NCBI GenBank assembly: GCA_030612025.1
Contig: JAUWOR010000001.1
Coordinates: forward strand, 64,001-128,000
From: Dehalococcoidia bacterium
Lineage (GTDB): Bacteria > Chloroflexota > Dehalococcoidia > GIF9 > AB-539-J10
Length of the DNA stretch: 64,000 bases
Direction of reading: 5' to 3'
Positions 9,129 through 19,128 of the stretch are shown in pieces. Below the pieces are notes generated by a model, which worked only from the letters and a program-made list of their open reading frames with translations, ran no database searches and had not been told where the DNA came from. Position 1 is the first letter of the stretch. Each line of letters begins with the position of its first letter. A program made the translations under genes and the position numbers.

Positions 9129-10532
9129 TTATCCTCTTTTGCTGAGCTTGAACCAGGGGTGATAACTGATTATAGAGTCCTTATCTAACTCGTCATTTAT
9201 GAAATAGTTGGCAATCCTCAAATAGTCTGCCACCCTATCAGGCATCAGAAAGTGCTCTTTGACATATTCATGGGCTTCTCTTCCTACGGATTCCGCCTCC
9301 TCTGGATTTCTTAATAATCGTATTATCCTTTTTGCCGCCTTTTTCGCTGTAGTGATAAAGAAGCCAGTCTCCCCAGCCCTAACTTGAATGGGAATTGCCC
9401 CCACCTCTCTGGTTATCACCGGCTTCCTTTTCCACATAGCCTCGGTGATAACTAGCCCAAATCCTTCCTTGGTAGAAGGTTGCAAAATTATCCTGGCAGC
9501 TCTTTGCAAAGCATTCACTTCCAGAGCATTAACTGCCAAATCATCTGGGAGCCTGATGACATGGATGCCCGAGTCGCTTCTTGTCTCCTCACAGACGTAG
9601 TTAAAGATTCTTTCCCCTTCAGGGTCATCGGAGGCCATATTACCAGCTACTACAAGCTGGCACTTCTCTTCCTTTCGAGCAATCTTATAAGCTTTAATTG
9701 TCGTATCAATTCCCTTCCAGGGATCAAATCTACCTATCTGAACCAATAAGGGTATGCCCTGGTCTACTCCATATTTCTCCAATACCTTAGCGATTTCGTC
9801 AGGCTTTAGCTCCTTATTCTTGATAGAAAGAGGATCGATAAAGGGAGGGCTGATATATTTCCGCAAAGGCCAGTGGTCTACTACATAATGAGCCCCGGAG
9901 AACATAACAGCATCATAAAAACTGGTCCAAAATGTGATAAATTGCCACAATACAGGATTGTCTTCCAAAGTATCTCCCTCTACATCAATGTGGAACCTCC
10001 ATAGCCATTTTTCATTCTTTCCCTTCAAATAGCGAGCTAAGCCAAGTGGCTGCGGGTCATGCACAATCACCATATCAGGCTTATACCTTTCATGGTTTTT
10101 GGCATAGATATCAGCATTTTCCTTAAGAGTGCGATAATATCTCCTCACCATCTCTGGGGTAAGGGTTCCTTTCTTGCCTTGCAGAAGATTGTGAATGTTT
10201 TTTGTCACCAAATAAAATGCTTCCGTGCCATGCATGACTTTCCATTCATCCTCTATCCCCAGCTCATTCAGGAATGGCACCTGTGAATAAAGCATTTCAG
10301 CCACACCCCCACCTACCATAGTAGAATTAACCTCCATTATTCTTATACCCTTAAGCTTTCGAGCAAGTTTTTCTAGTTTTTCTATCTTTTCCTCGCCCAC
10401 TATCGGGATATAGTCCTGCAGAGGGGATACAGAAAAAGGCTGGATCCCCCTTCTGCGACTATATACAGTCCCATCCTCTAAAGGTAATTTCCTCCTCTCT
10501 TCCTCAACAAAGTTCTTTATCTTGCTTTTCAT
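9129..10532 (-). CDS. treT: Trehalose synthase TreT-like GT4 glycosyltransferase
   Basis: NSTMVGGGVAE, HDPQP, WRFHID, GRFDPWKG, EGFGLVITEAMWK; start ATG 10532 behind AAGGAGG. Confidence 0.85.
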   Translation of the reverse strand: MKSKIKNFVEEERRKLPLEDGTVYSRRRGIQPFSVSPLQDYIPIVGEEKIEKLEKLARKLKGIRIMEVNSTMVGGGVAEMLYSQVPFLNELGIEDEWKVMHGTEAFYLVTKNIHNLLQGKKGTLTPEMVRRYYRTLKENADIYAKNHERYKPDMVIVHDPQPLGLARYLKGKNEKWLWRFHIDVEGDTLEDNPVLWQFITFWTSFYDAVMFSGAHYVVDHWPLRKYISPPFIDPLSIKNKELKPDEIAKVLEKYGVDQGIPLLVQIGRFDPWKGIDTTIKAYKIARKEEKCQLVVAGNMASDDPEGERIFNYVCEETRSDSGIHVIRLPDDLAVNALEVNALQRAARIILQPSTKEGFGLVITEAMWKRKPVITREVGAIPIQVRAGETGFFITTAKKAAKRIIRLLRNPEEAESVGREAHEYVKEHFLMPDRVADYLRIANYFINDELDKDSIISYHPWFKLSKRG

Positions 10533-10705
10533 ATTAGCTGCCTCCTTCTGAACCACAAGTGAGAATCTGAGGTTCTCCATTAGCATATAATAACATAGCA
10601 GTCAGAGTTAGTTGATAACTAATAACTGAAGGCTGATAGCTACTAAGATGACCGCGCTATCAGGTTAAGGCATTGCCCAGTTAAAACTCATCAGGGATGA
10701 TGCTA

Positions 10706-10912
10706 TTACCGGCTATCATATTCTTCAGCGGCGAATTCCCCACAGCGCCACAACTTACAGTGATGACGACCACAACCAAGGCACCTCCAACAAATGGTGC
10801 CATCTTCAAGAACCTCATCTATCGCTAATACACTAAATTGGCAAAAGGGGCATCCCAGTCGCTGGGGCATAACCACTACCGGCTTTCTCTCACGTCCTGG
10901 CGCTAAATTCAT
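10706..10912 (-). CDS. Small Cys-rich (zinc-ribbon-like) protein
   Basis: CPFC...CLGC; GAGG SD. Confidence 0.5.
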   Translation of the reverse strand: MNLAPGRERKPVVVMPQRLGCPFCQFSVLAIDEVLEDGTICWRCLGCGRHHCKLWRCGEFAAEEYDSR

Positions 10913-10940
10913 CCCTACTTGATTTCCTCCCCAAGGATAA

Positions 10941-11567
10941 CTACTCTGGAACCTCTCTTACAAAGAGAAGAGGATATACTATATCGCTGGTGCAGCATGG
11001 AACCCAAACTGCCAGGAATAGAAACAGGAAGATAAAAGGGAGCAAAGGGATCCAGTTGGCTATCCCAAATGCTGTAAAGTAGAACAACGATGCCCAGGTA
11101 CTTAACAGTACGTGCCCAAAATGCGGGATCCTGCTTACTTGTTTCCAATACCCAATTACAATGCCAATAAGTGCGGCAGAATTTACCACCTTCCACTTTT
11201 CAACTCCAATAACGGGCATTTCTGTGACCTCGATAAAGGGCACTTCGAATTCCATCGGAACGTGAAGTAAGGTCCCTCCTAGATAAGGAATTATGGCATC
11301 GCTTATCGTAGCTATACCAATCGACCCCGTCCAGCCAATTAAAATTGCCACCCAGATTTTGCCTTTCCTATATCTCATATACATCGCCGTAGTTACCAGT
11401 GCGCTTAATACAACGTGGATTGGATGTAAAGTGTAAAAAATAGTGTGAGAAATCCCTGAGGAAACGTGGCCCAAAACTATTATAACCATGATAACAATGC
11501 CTGTGATAGCCCCCAAAGCAGTGAAAGGAGCGTGCCTCTTGAGTTCTTTTGCTATTCGCTTGAACAT
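10941..11567 (-). CDS. His-rich multi-pass membrane protein, possible metal transporter
   Basis: About 6 TM helices; HTIFYTLHPIH, PHFGH and PCCTSD; lies downstream of the fur-family gene. Confidence 0.7.
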   Translation of the reverse strand: MFKRIAKELKRHAPFTALGAITGIVIMVIIVLGHVSSGISHTIFYTLHPIHVVLSALVTTAMYMRYRKGKIWVAILIGWTGSIGIATISDAIIPYLGGTLLHVPMEFEVPFIEVTEMPVIGVEKWKVVNSAALIGIVIGYWKQVSRIPHFGHVLLSTWASLFYFTAFGIANWIPLLPFIFLFLFLAVWVPCCTSDIVYPLLFVREVPE

Positions 11568-11578
11568 TTTTCCTCACT

Positions 11579-11603
11579 GTAGGGGAGGAGGCTTGTCCCC
11601 TAC
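11579..11603. repeat. Short GTAG...CTAC REP-like hairpin
   Basis: GTAGGGGA...TCCCCTAC. Confidence 0.55.
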
Positions 11604-11619
11604 CTCACCAGTGGCCTTT

Positions 11620-12054
11620 CTATTCTCCAAAGCGCTTTCGATAGCATTCAGAACAGAGTCCAGAAGACTCGGAAAGGTGGTATTCGGTATGAAAGCCAAG
11701 ATTCACGGCAGACTTACTTTCCTTCTTACATAATTCCTCATCAACGAACTCCCGAAGGACTCCACAGCGGCGGCAGACTATAAACCGATGACACCCTTCT
11801 TTACTGCCCAAGGTGCACTTAACGAATCCACCACTCGACAAAACCTTGTGAGCCAGATTGAGGCGGCAAAACAAATCAAGTATGCGGTAGATGGTAACGT
11901 GATTTAGATATTTACCTTGCTGCCTCAGAAGCCTTTGTATGTCATAGGGAGAAACCGGCTCTTTAGCTTCCTTGAGAACTTCGAGCACCATTCTTCGAGG
12001 CTTGGTTACCTTATACCCCTGAGCCTGCAAAATCTGTATTGAATCCCGAACCAC
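11620..12054 (-). CDS. Fur-family transcriptional regulator (Zur-like)
   Basis: KVTKPRRMVL, TIYRIL, CRRC and CSEC; start GTG 12054 fits the promoter position. Confidence 0.88.
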   Translation of the reverse strand: MVRDSIQILQAQGYKVTKPRRMVLEVLKEAKEPVSPYDIQRLLRQQGKYLNHVTIYRILDLFCRLNLAHKVLSSGGFVKCTLGSKEGCHRFIVCRRCGVLREFVDEELCKKESKSAVNLGFHTEYHLSESSGLCSECYRKRFGE

Positions 12055-12061
12055 GAGCGCT

Positions 12062-12103
12062 ACTATACCAGAGCAGAAGACCAAATGCAACATTGTTGCA
12101 ATT
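12062..12103 (-). promoter_or_regulatory. Promoter overlapped by a palindromic Fur/Zur-type operator
   Basis: TTGCAT-17-TATAGT (extended -10); palindrome AATGCAAC-ATT-GTTGCAATT at 12084-12103. Confidence 0.65.
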
Positions 12104-12224
12104 AGCTTTAGGAATAACTACTCAGTTCCTCTTAAAAATGTAGGGTAACAGCACAGGATGATATATCTTAAGCGGTGCTATAACCTAGGATATGAGATGC
12201 CCTGAAAGAGATGTAAGAGCTTGA

Positions 12225-12786
12225 TTACTTTATTATCTTCTTAGTTCTCTCAATAAATTCAGGATATAAATTCGCAGCTTCTCTGATGAAATTTTTGATT
12301 TTGACCCATTTAATCTTCCAGGGATAAAGATTTTGCCCTTTCCCTTATTTGCCAAAAATCGTATACGCATTCCCAAAAATCAATCGCCTCGTAGCTTGTC
12401 TTGCACAAAAGTCTCAAATATAACTTCCTGTCTTTTATAACCAAAGGGAAACCAGAATTCATAACACTAAAAACAAGTGAAGGGCGGGCTCTATTCAAAA
12501 CCAAAAAATCAACGTCAGTTTTCAACATATCTACCAAATCAGACCAAATCTTGTTTTCATTGGGATAATCGCCTTCTTTTTCCAATTCCAAATAGTCCTT
12601 AGGTTTGAAATAAACTCCGATATCCCAATCTGAACTATCCCGGGCTAAACTTTTTGCTTGGGAACCAAAAAGAAAAGCCATTAAGCCCTCTGCCTCTCTT
12701 TCAAAATACTCTTGAAGGAGTTTAATCTTTCCTAAATCAGGTTGAGAAACATTAAGTGCCTTTTCCATCTCCTCTCTGTATATCAT
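12225..12786 (-). pseudogene. MNT nucleotidyltransferase(-HEPN) gene with most of the HEPN part deleted
   Basis: FGSQAK...SDWDIG MNT motif; after the stop at 12310 another frame reads IKWVKIKNFIREAANLYPEFIE, like a DUF86 tail. Confidence 0.65.
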
Positions 12787-13264
12787 TAGCCTTTGAACAA
12801 GCGCTTTCTAAAACCTCCCTCATGACAACGATCTCGATTTCCTTGACCTTCTTCAGAGACTCGTCATTGGTAACAAATGTCTGAGCACCTTTCAGAATCG
12901 AGGTAGCAAGCTGTATAGCATCTGGAGTCCTGAGTTTATATTTGGCTCTAATGGCTGAGGCTAAATCCGCCACCTCAACATCAACCGGAATAACTTCAAG
13001 ATGTGGGAAATTCTCTAGTATAAGCCTGTACTCGTCCGCCAGAAGTTCATTACCCTCCTCGTTAGGCTTTACCAGAATTTCAAGTCGGGTGATAACCGAG
13101 GTTTTGCCTTCTATCCTTCCATCCTCAATCATTTCAAAAAGGGCTCTGGTAAAGGGAAGATAATCCTTATTCTCCTCGAAATGATAGATAAAGGGCATTG
13201 TATCCAGACCCAAAATAGAATAGCGCCCCAAGAATGCTCGACACCTCTTCTCTATTTCTCCCAC
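12752..13264 (-). CDS. vapC: VapC/PIN toxin
   Basis: LDTMPFIY, TPDAIQLAT, FVTND. Confidence 0.9.
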   Translation of the reverse strand: MGEIEKRCRAFLGRYSILGLDTMPFIYHFEENKDYLPFTRALFEMIEDGRIEGKTSVITRLEILVKPNEEGNELLADEYRLILENFPHLEVIPVDVEVADLASAIRAKYKLRTPDAIQLATSILKGAQTFVTNDESLKKVKEIEIVVMREVLESACSKANDIQRGDGKGT

Positions 13265-13491
13265 GCTTCCCTTTCCCTCTTCACATATTCAGTGGCCTCA
13301 ATTCCTCCCCAAACCTCCTTCCCCAACCCCTGCATGTATTCGCTATATCTTCGTGGCCTGGGCTGCATGATAATCCGAGCATCTCGAACACCCACAATAA
13401 GCTCGTCTTCGATGTTAACCCCGAGTTGCTCTCTGACCTTCTTTGGGATAACTATTTGATATCTTTTACCTACTTTCACAATATTGTTCAT
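13252..13491 (-). CDS. AbrB/MazE family antitoxin
   Basis: KVGKRYQIVIPKKVRE. Confidence 0.88.
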   Translation of the reverse strand: MNNIVKVGKRYQIVIPKKVREQLGVNIEDELIVGVRDARIIMQPRPRRYSEYMQGLGKEVWGGIEATEYVKREREAWEK

Positions 13492-13531
13492 ACCTAACCC
13501 CCAGTTTTCATACAAAATACTATTATATCAT

Positions 13532-13560
13532 ATTCTAGGCGCCACGCCATAATCTGTCAA
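13532..13560 (-). promoter_or_regulatory. Sigma70-type promoter of the abrB-vapC pair
   Basis: TTGACA-17-TAGAAT. Confidence 0.65.
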
Positions 13561-13567
13561 GTGACTA

Positions 13568-13636
13568 TGAGCGAAGCAATCTAGTCGGCTCGAGCATTCC
13601 CCGAGATTGCTTCGTCGCTCCGCTCCTCGCAATGAC
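13568..13636. repeat. GTCATTGCGAG...GCAATCT palindromic repeat family
   Basis: Same family at 19129-19243, 20302-20329, 36479-36588, 44246-44273, 54175-54283 and 61429-61539. Confidence 0.8.
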
Positions 13637-13680
13637 TCGGTGAAGTTATTTCCGCAAGATACTATGATACAAGGCAAAGT

Positions 13681-16017
13681 TTAACCTACTAGCTCCTCAA
13701 GCAGTATTAACGCTGCCTGCTTATCCAGAGGCTGGTTATTGTTGCCGCACTTGGGCGATTGGACACAGCCAGGACAGCCTTCCTGGCAAGGACATTCCTG
13801 AATCAGCTTCAAAGTGGCTTGCCAGAGCTTTTCCACTATCTCAAATCCCTTCTCAGCAATGCCGATGCCTCCGGGATAGGCATCATAGATGAAGATTTGC
13901 GCTTTACCTGTATCAAGATGAAAGGGAGTGGAAACGCCACCAATATCATTTCTATCACAGAGGGCAAATAAGGGAAGTATGCCAATAGCAGCATGCTCAC
14001 AGGCATGTAGGCCTCCATGAAAATCAAGCCCGGCACCAGCTATCCTAGCAATCGCCTTTTGAGGCAAGTCAAACCACAAAGCCTTAGTGAAGAAACTCAG
14101 AGGTGGTAAATCAAGCGGCTCCTCGCCAATAACTTCCTCAGTGAACTGCCTTTTCTTTTTAAAGCCGCTCACTGTAGTGGTGACATCAACATCCCCTAAA
14201 TAAACCTTTACTCCATGGCAATCTTTCACCCTCACCTTGCCCTCACCCTGACCCTCTCCATCAAGTGGAGAGGGAATCACCCTTGAAGGGGGAGGATAGG
14301 TGAAGGTGGCGACCCTTATGTCAGTGATTTCTTTAGCCTGAGTATAGTAGCCAACAGAAGTCAGCATCGCCGCAGCAGTATGCCTAGCTAAATCAAGCTC
14401 AGTTATGAGATAAGATTCGCCTTGGTGAAGATAGATAGCACCGGGATGTATCTGAGAGAAGGCAAAACTGGCTTCCACAGTCTCCAACAAGCAGCCTTGG
14501 GAGACATCAATAATGGCATATTGCCCTGATGTCGCCCTTATACTTACATCTTGAGCAGGATAGGTGATAGCCGGGGATGGATACCACTTCTCCTGGCGTT
14601 TCCTTAACTTGCCTTCTTGCTCTAATTCAGCTACTGTGGCATCACTATTAGCGCCAAAGAATTCCTTATCCTCATCACTTAGCGGTTTCTCCCAGGCAGC
14701 GCAAAGAAGGTGAGGTTTTAAGATATAAGGGTTGTCAGGATTGATTAAGGCGTTATCAAAGTTCTTACCAAAGAAGAAATCGGGATTACGCATCAAGTAT
14801 TGGTCAAGCGGATTATCCTGAGCGATAAGAAAACTCAATGAGCTACCGCTACTTCGCCCACTACGCCCTGCCTGCTGCCAGGCACTGGCGATGCTCCCAG
14901 GGTATCCGGTAAGCACCGTTGAATCCAAATCACCAATATCTATACCCAATTCCAAAGCAGTCGTGGCCACTAATCCAAGAAGCTCGCCATCAAAGAACTG
15001 ACGCTCAATTTGACGCCTGTCTTCAGGAAGATAGCCTGCTCTATAAGGGCTGATTCTGTCAGATAGCGAAGCAGGTAATTGCTCCCGAGCATAAAGGTAA
15101 ATAAGCTCAGTTACCTTACGAGTGCGGGCAAAAACGAGGCTACGTATATCGTTCTGGATTAGCTCAATAAGAAGGAAAGTAGCCTCGCTGTTAGGGCTGC
15201 GTCGACTTGCCTTAGCTTCATCAATTATCGGCGGATTCCAAAAGGCAAAATGCTTTTCACCGTGTGGCGAGCCATCCCTGGCAACTGCCTCAAACTTCAA
15301 ACCAACTAAATTTTGGGCATGTTCTTTGGGATTGGCAATAGTTGCCGAGCAACAAATAAACTGAGGATTAGAGCCATATAAGGCACAAAGCCTCCGTAAC
15401 CTCCGTAGCACATTAGCCATATGCGAGCCAAAGACGCCTCGATAAACATGAGCCTCATCAATCACCACATACTTAAGCTGGCGCAACAATCTGGACCATG
15501 ACCGATGGTTAGGTAAAACACCAAGATGGAGCATGTCTGGGTTGGTAAGCACTACCCTGGCTCGTTTCTTTATGTTAGCCCTTTCAGCCTGTGGGGTATC
15601 ACCATCAAAAGTAGCTACCGCCCTTTCAGAAAGAAGCTCAGGACAAGCAATTTCTTTCAGGCTACGTAGCTGGTCTTGGGCCAAAGCTTTGGTGGGGAAA
15701 ATATAAACAGCACGGCTACCTTTGTCACCCAAAATTGCCTCAAGCGTTGCCAGGTGATAGCACAAGGTCTTGCCACTGGCACTGGGTGTAGCTACTATAA
15801 CATTCTTCCCGGCAAAAATAGCATTCAGTGCCTCCGCCTGATGGCTATAAAGAGCCGACAGGCCCAAAGATTCAAGGCGTGCCTTAAGAACAGGATGAAG
15901 AGGCTTATCTAGCTTGCCAAGGGTAGCATTCTGCGCCGGGATATGCTCAATGTGAACGATCTGCTGTCTATAATTAGGTAAAGCGGCCAGGTAATGAAGA
16001 AAGGCAGCAACACCCAT
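13681..16017 (-). CDS. DEAH-box helicase with DUF1998 (MrfA/YprA/Hrq1-like)
   Basis: ASGKT, DEAH, SATIANP, QQAGRSGR, C-terminal CPCQEGCPGC. Confidence 0.93.
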   Translation of the reverse strand: MGVAAFLHYLAALPNYRQQIVHIEHIPAQNATLGKLDKPLHPVLKARLESLGLSALYSHQAEALNAIFAGKNVIVATPSASGKTLCYHLATLEAILGDKGSRAVYIFPTKALAQDQLRSLKEIACPELLSERAVATFDGDTPQAERANIKKRARVVLTNPDMLHLGVLPNHRSWSRLLRQLKYVVIDEAHVYRGVFGSHMANVLRRLRRLCALYGSNPQFICCSATIANPKEHAQNLVGLKFEAVARDGSPHGEKHFAFWNPPIIDEAKASRRSPNSEATFLLIELIQNDIRSLVFARTRKVTELIYLYAREQLPASLSDRISPYRAGYLPEDRRQIERQFFDGELLGLVATTALELGIDIGDLDSTVLTGYPGSIASAWQQAGRSGRSSGSSLSFLIAQDNPLDQYLMRNPDFFFGKNFDNALINPDNPYILKPHLLCAAWEKPLSDEDKEFFGANSDATVAELEQEGKLRKRQEKWYPSPAITYPAQDVSIRATSGQYAIIDVSQGCLLETVEASFAFSQIHPGAIYLHQGESYLITELDLARHTAAAMLTSVGYYTQAKEITDIRVATFTYPPPSRVIPSPLDGEGQGEGKVRVKDCHGVKVYLGDVDVTTTVSGFKKKRQFTEEVIGEEPLDLPPLSFFTKALWFDLPQKAIARIAGAGLDFHGGLHACEHAAIGILPLFALCDRNDIGGVSTPFHLDTGKAQIFIYDAYPGGIGIAEKGFEIVEKLWQATLKLIQECPCQEGCPGCVQSPKCGNNNQPLDKQAALILLEELVG

Positions 16018-16024
16018 GGAACAT

Positions 16025-16318
16025 TCAAAAGGCTGGGAAGACCTCTGTTTCCGAATTCAGCAATTCCAGTTGGGGGTAGTTCTCCAGAATAAACTTAACT
16101 ACGTTTGCTAAAGTTTCATCAGCGTGTCTTCTGTGATTGTTAACGCAAGCTACGCCCAAGGTGGCTAGCTGCCATAAATCTTGATTATCAATTTCAGCTA
16201 CAGAAACGTTATAGTTATTTTGCAGCCGTGTAATGATAGATTTAATTACTCGCCGCTTGCCCTTAAGGGACTGATTCTCAGGAAGACGAAGCTCTATCCG
16301 GCATACACCGACGTTCAT
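16025..16318 (-). CDS. DUF503 (YlxP-like) protein
   Basis: SLKGKRRVIKS...NVSVAEIDNQDLWQ. Confidence 0.9.
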   Translation of the reverse strand: MNVGVCRIELRLPENQSLKGKRRVIKSIITRLQNNYNVSVAEIDNQDLWQLATLGVACVNNHRRHADETLANVVKFILENYPQLELLNSETEVFPAF

Positions 16319-16329
16319 CCCGCTACCAA

Positions 16330-16617
16330 TCAGGCTTGCTGTTCTTTAGTCTTGGTATAACACTCACCGCAGTAGACTGGTCGCCCCTCTCTAGGCTCAA
16401 AGGGCACTTCGCATTCCTTACCACAATCGGCGCATATTGCCTTGTACATTACCCTTGGGCCGGATCTACCATCCCTTTTCTTAGCTGCGCGACATTCCGG
16501 GCAACGACTAGGTTCATGTTGTAAACCCCGCGAGCGATAAAACTCTTGCTCACCTACAGTAAAAACGAAAGTCTTATCACAGTCCCGACAGGTCAAGTTC
16601 TTGTCCGCTGGAGCCAC
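16330..16617 (-). CDS. Zinc-ribbon plus CxxC-x17-CxxC domain protein
   Basis: DKNLTCRDC..FVFTVGEQEFY; CADC...VPFEP...VYCGEC. Confidence 0.9.
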   Translation of the reverse strand: MAPADKNLTCRDCDKTFVFTVGEQEFYRSRGLQHEPSRCPECRAAKKRDGRSGPRVMYKAICADCGKECEVPFEPREGRPVYCGECYTKTKEQQA

Positions 16618-16748
16618 TGCACACCTCCTTTAGCTATGGATAATCTTACCTTGTTTGGTTACAGTCTCCACCAGCTCAAGCCCTTTACCAAATAGTTACC
16701 TGAGACTATCAAGAGCAGCAACACTATATACAAGGTTTTACCTTGGCT

Positions 16749-16777
16749 ACTATACACCGAAAAAATATTTTAATCAA
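16749..16777 (-). promoter_or_regulatory. Promoter giving a ~125-nt leader for the zinc-ribbon gene
   Basis: TTGATT-17-TATAGT. Confidence 0.55.
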
Positions 16778-16974
16778 TTTCAGTGCTAAAAACACTTGTA
16801 TAGCAAACAATATCTATCTCGAAGTAGCCCGATGAGCATGCTCTATGGGGAAAATGCTTCGTTCTGGGTCGCCCCATAGGTCTGGCAAACATCAAGGCAA
16901 AGACCACACCCATCACAAGAATCTATCTGGGCGATTGCTTCCTTCGCTTCCATGTTTCCACTATACTATCAACC

Positions 16975-18006
16975 ATGGCACTTAAGGCGATAGAATGGCT
17001 TGATGACAAGCTGAGAATACTAGACCAGAGCAAGCTCCCTTGGGAGCAAAGCTTTGTTGACCTGGCCAATTACCAGGACGTGGCTCTGGCTATCAAGGAG
17101 ATGCGAATTCGTGGGGCGCCAGCCATTGGAGTTGCTGCTGCTTATGGAATTGCCCTCGGGGCACAAGATATAAAAACGACTGATAAAGATAACTTTCTAA
17201 ACCAATTAAATCAAGTTATGCAAACTTTGGCCACTACCAGACCTACTGCTGTCAATCTTTTCCAAGCTATCAATAGGATGAGGAAGATAACTACCATAGG
17301 CGGCAATATCCCTGAAATAAAGGAGGCTCTTATAGCCCAGGCAAAGCAAATTCACCAAGAAGAAATAGAAGCAACTAAACGACTCAGCCAACTGGGAGCC
17401 GAACTTATCCCAGATGGCTTCACCATCCTTACTCATTGTAATGCTGGCTCTTTAGCCACCGCTGGCTATGGCACTGCCCTGGGGGTAATCAAAACCGCTA
17501 AGGAGCAAGGAAAGAGAGTAAGCGTTATCGTCACAGAAACTCGCCCCCTTCTCCAGGGAGCCAGACTCACCACCTGGGAATTGAAGCAAGAAGGTATCCC
17601 GGTAACCTTGATCACTGATTCCATGGCTGGCTATTTTATGCACCAGAACAAAATAGACTGCGTCATTGTCGGAGCTGACAGAATTGCCGCCAACGGCGAT
17701 GTCGCCAATAAGATCGGCACCTACACCCTGGCTGTGCTAGCTAAAGAGAACGATCTCCCATTTTATGTCGCTGCCCCGACCTCTACCATCGACCTCTCCC
17801 TACCTTCAGGAGCAGAAATCCCCATTGAAGAGCGCGAGCCTGACGAGGTAACTCATATCCAGGGAGTGCCCATTGCCCCGAAAGGAATAAAGGTGGCCAA
17901 CCCCGCCTTTGATGTAACGCCCCATAATTATATAACCCTCATCATCACCGAAAGGGGTATAATAAAAGAGCCTTATATAGAGCGGCTGAGGGAAATAGCC
18001 ACTTAA
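16975..18006 (+). CDS. mtnA: S-methyl-5-thioribose-1-phosphate isomerase
   Basis: IRGAPAIG, RPTAVNL, THCNAGSLAT, ETRPLLQGARLT, NPAFDVTP. Confidence 0.96.
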   Translation: MALKAIEWLDDKLRILDQSKLPWEQSFVDLANYQDVALAIKEMRIRGAPAIGVAAAYGIALGAQDIKTTDKDNFLNQLNQVMQTLATTRPTAVNLFQAINRMRKITTIGGNIPEIKEALIAQAKQIHQEEIEATKRLSQLGAELIPDGFTILTHCNAGSLATAGYGTALGVIKTAKEQGKRVSVIVTETRPLLQGARLTTWELKQEGIPVTLITDSMAGYFMHQNKIDCVIVGADRIAANGDVANKIGTYTLAVLAKENDLPFYVAAPTSTIDLSLPSGAEIPIEEREPDEVTHIQGVPIAPKGIKVANPAFDVTPHNYITLIITERGIIKEPYIERLREIAT

Positions 18007-18016
18007 AGTAGTCTCG

Positions 18017-18148
18017 AGGGTGTTTAAAAACGTAGTTGCCCAATTTATTGGGCGACTGTGCCTGATAAATCAGGCAACTACAAACGTTTGGGGGTGAAAC
18101 ACCTCCGAGATGGCTGAAATTGAACGGGGAATCGAAATTAAACGGCCT
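18017..18148 (+). mobile_element. MITE-like element with REP doublet type A
   Basis: Imperfect TIR AGG.TGTTTAA/TTAAAC.GCCT around GTAGTTGCCCAATTTATTGGGC...GCCTGATAAATCAGGCAACTAC. Confidence 0.8.
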
Positions 18149-18171
18149 GAAGATAGTGAGGAGGTAGTAAA

Positions 18172-18384
18172 ATGCCCACATATGAGTATTGGTGTCCAAA
18201 ATGCCAGAAGGAGTTTGAGGTTAAAAGACCGATAGCTGATTTTGACAAGCCTGCTCCTTGCCCCGATTGCGGCACCAAGGGAGAAAAACTGATTTCCACC
18301 TTCGCCTCGAAAACTGGCTATACCTTGCAAGTGCCGGCGAAGCCGCCTTTCCGAAAGAAGGGCAGCGGCAGTTTTAAAATGTAG
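18172..18384 (+). CDS. FmdB family zinc-ribbon protein
   Basis: MPTYEYWCPKC...CPDCG. Confidence 0.88.
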   Translation: MPTYEYWCPKCQKEFEVKRPIADFDKPAPCPDCGTKGEKLISTFASKTGYTLQVPAKPPFRKKGSGSFKM

Positions 18385-18449
18385 TGCGAGGCTTTAGCCT
18401 CGTGCACGACCCTAAAGGGTCGCACTACTGGGGCAAAATTAAACGGCCT
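18366..18449 (+). mobile_element. Short MITE-like element with REP doublet type B
   Basis: GTAGTGCGAGGCTTTAGCCTCGTGCACGACCCTAAAGGGTCGCACTAC followed by AAATTAAACGGCCT. Confidence 0.75.
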
Positions 18450-18466
18450 AAGGGCAGCTAAAGGGG

Positions 18467-19063
18467 GTGACAGATATGGAGCTTTCTCCGCTGGCAAGGG
18501 AAAGACTGGCTAGGATAGGTGCTCTATCGCCAGAGGAAAAAGAGAGGATGAGGCGGTCAAGCGAACTTGACTCTTTGCTCTCCCAATACTTCAAAGGCGA
18601 TGTAAGCTCCGAGGACCTATGGATAGAGCTGAAATCCCTTAAGGAGCAGTGCAGTGAATCTATCGTAAAAGAGGCCCAGATCAAGCTGGTAGATACGCTT
18701 CGTTTGCAAATGAGTCAGGAGGATTTTGAGCAACGCCGCAGCGCTATTCTAGCTATAGAGACGATGAAACATGAAGGAAAATACTCCAGCCTAGAGCTGG
18801 TCCTGAATTCGATTGAAGCCCTGCGTCAGAAATACACCCAGACCAAAGAGCAAGCATACGAGCAGCTCAAAGCAAGCATAGAACCTCAGTTCAAGGCAAT
18901 AACTGAACAGGCGATAAAGCAAGGTTTGAAGATTGACATTGAGAGCTCATTGGAGGCCAACATCAAAAACAGCCCGCAATGGAAGGACTTCATCTCCAAG
19001 CACGAGAGAACCGCTGGGGGAATGTTTAATAGCTATGCGAACAGGCTACGGGAGCTTATTTAA
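18467..19063 (+). CDS. Hypothetical helical protein
   Basis: 198-aa ORF with GGGGG SD. Confidence 0.7.
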   Translation: MTDMELSPLARERLARIGALSPEEKERMRRSSELDSLLSQYFKGDVSSEDLWIELKSLKEQCSESIVKEAQIKLVDTLRLQMSQEDFEQRRSAILAIETMKHEGKYSSLELVLNSIEALRQKYTQTKEQAYEQLKASIEPQFKAITEQAIKQGLKIDIESSLEANIKNSPQWKDFISKHERTAGGMFNSYANRLRELI

Positions 19064-19128
19064 ACAGGCGTGATGGAACTCAGATGCAAGCAACATTTTT
19101 GAATTGCCACAGTTCGCCACTCGATATC

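Noticed and set aside
13681-16017. DISARM or Druantia helicase
   Set aside because: Housekeeping context (DUF503, zinc ribbon), no drm partners, and an MrfA/YprA-like layout.
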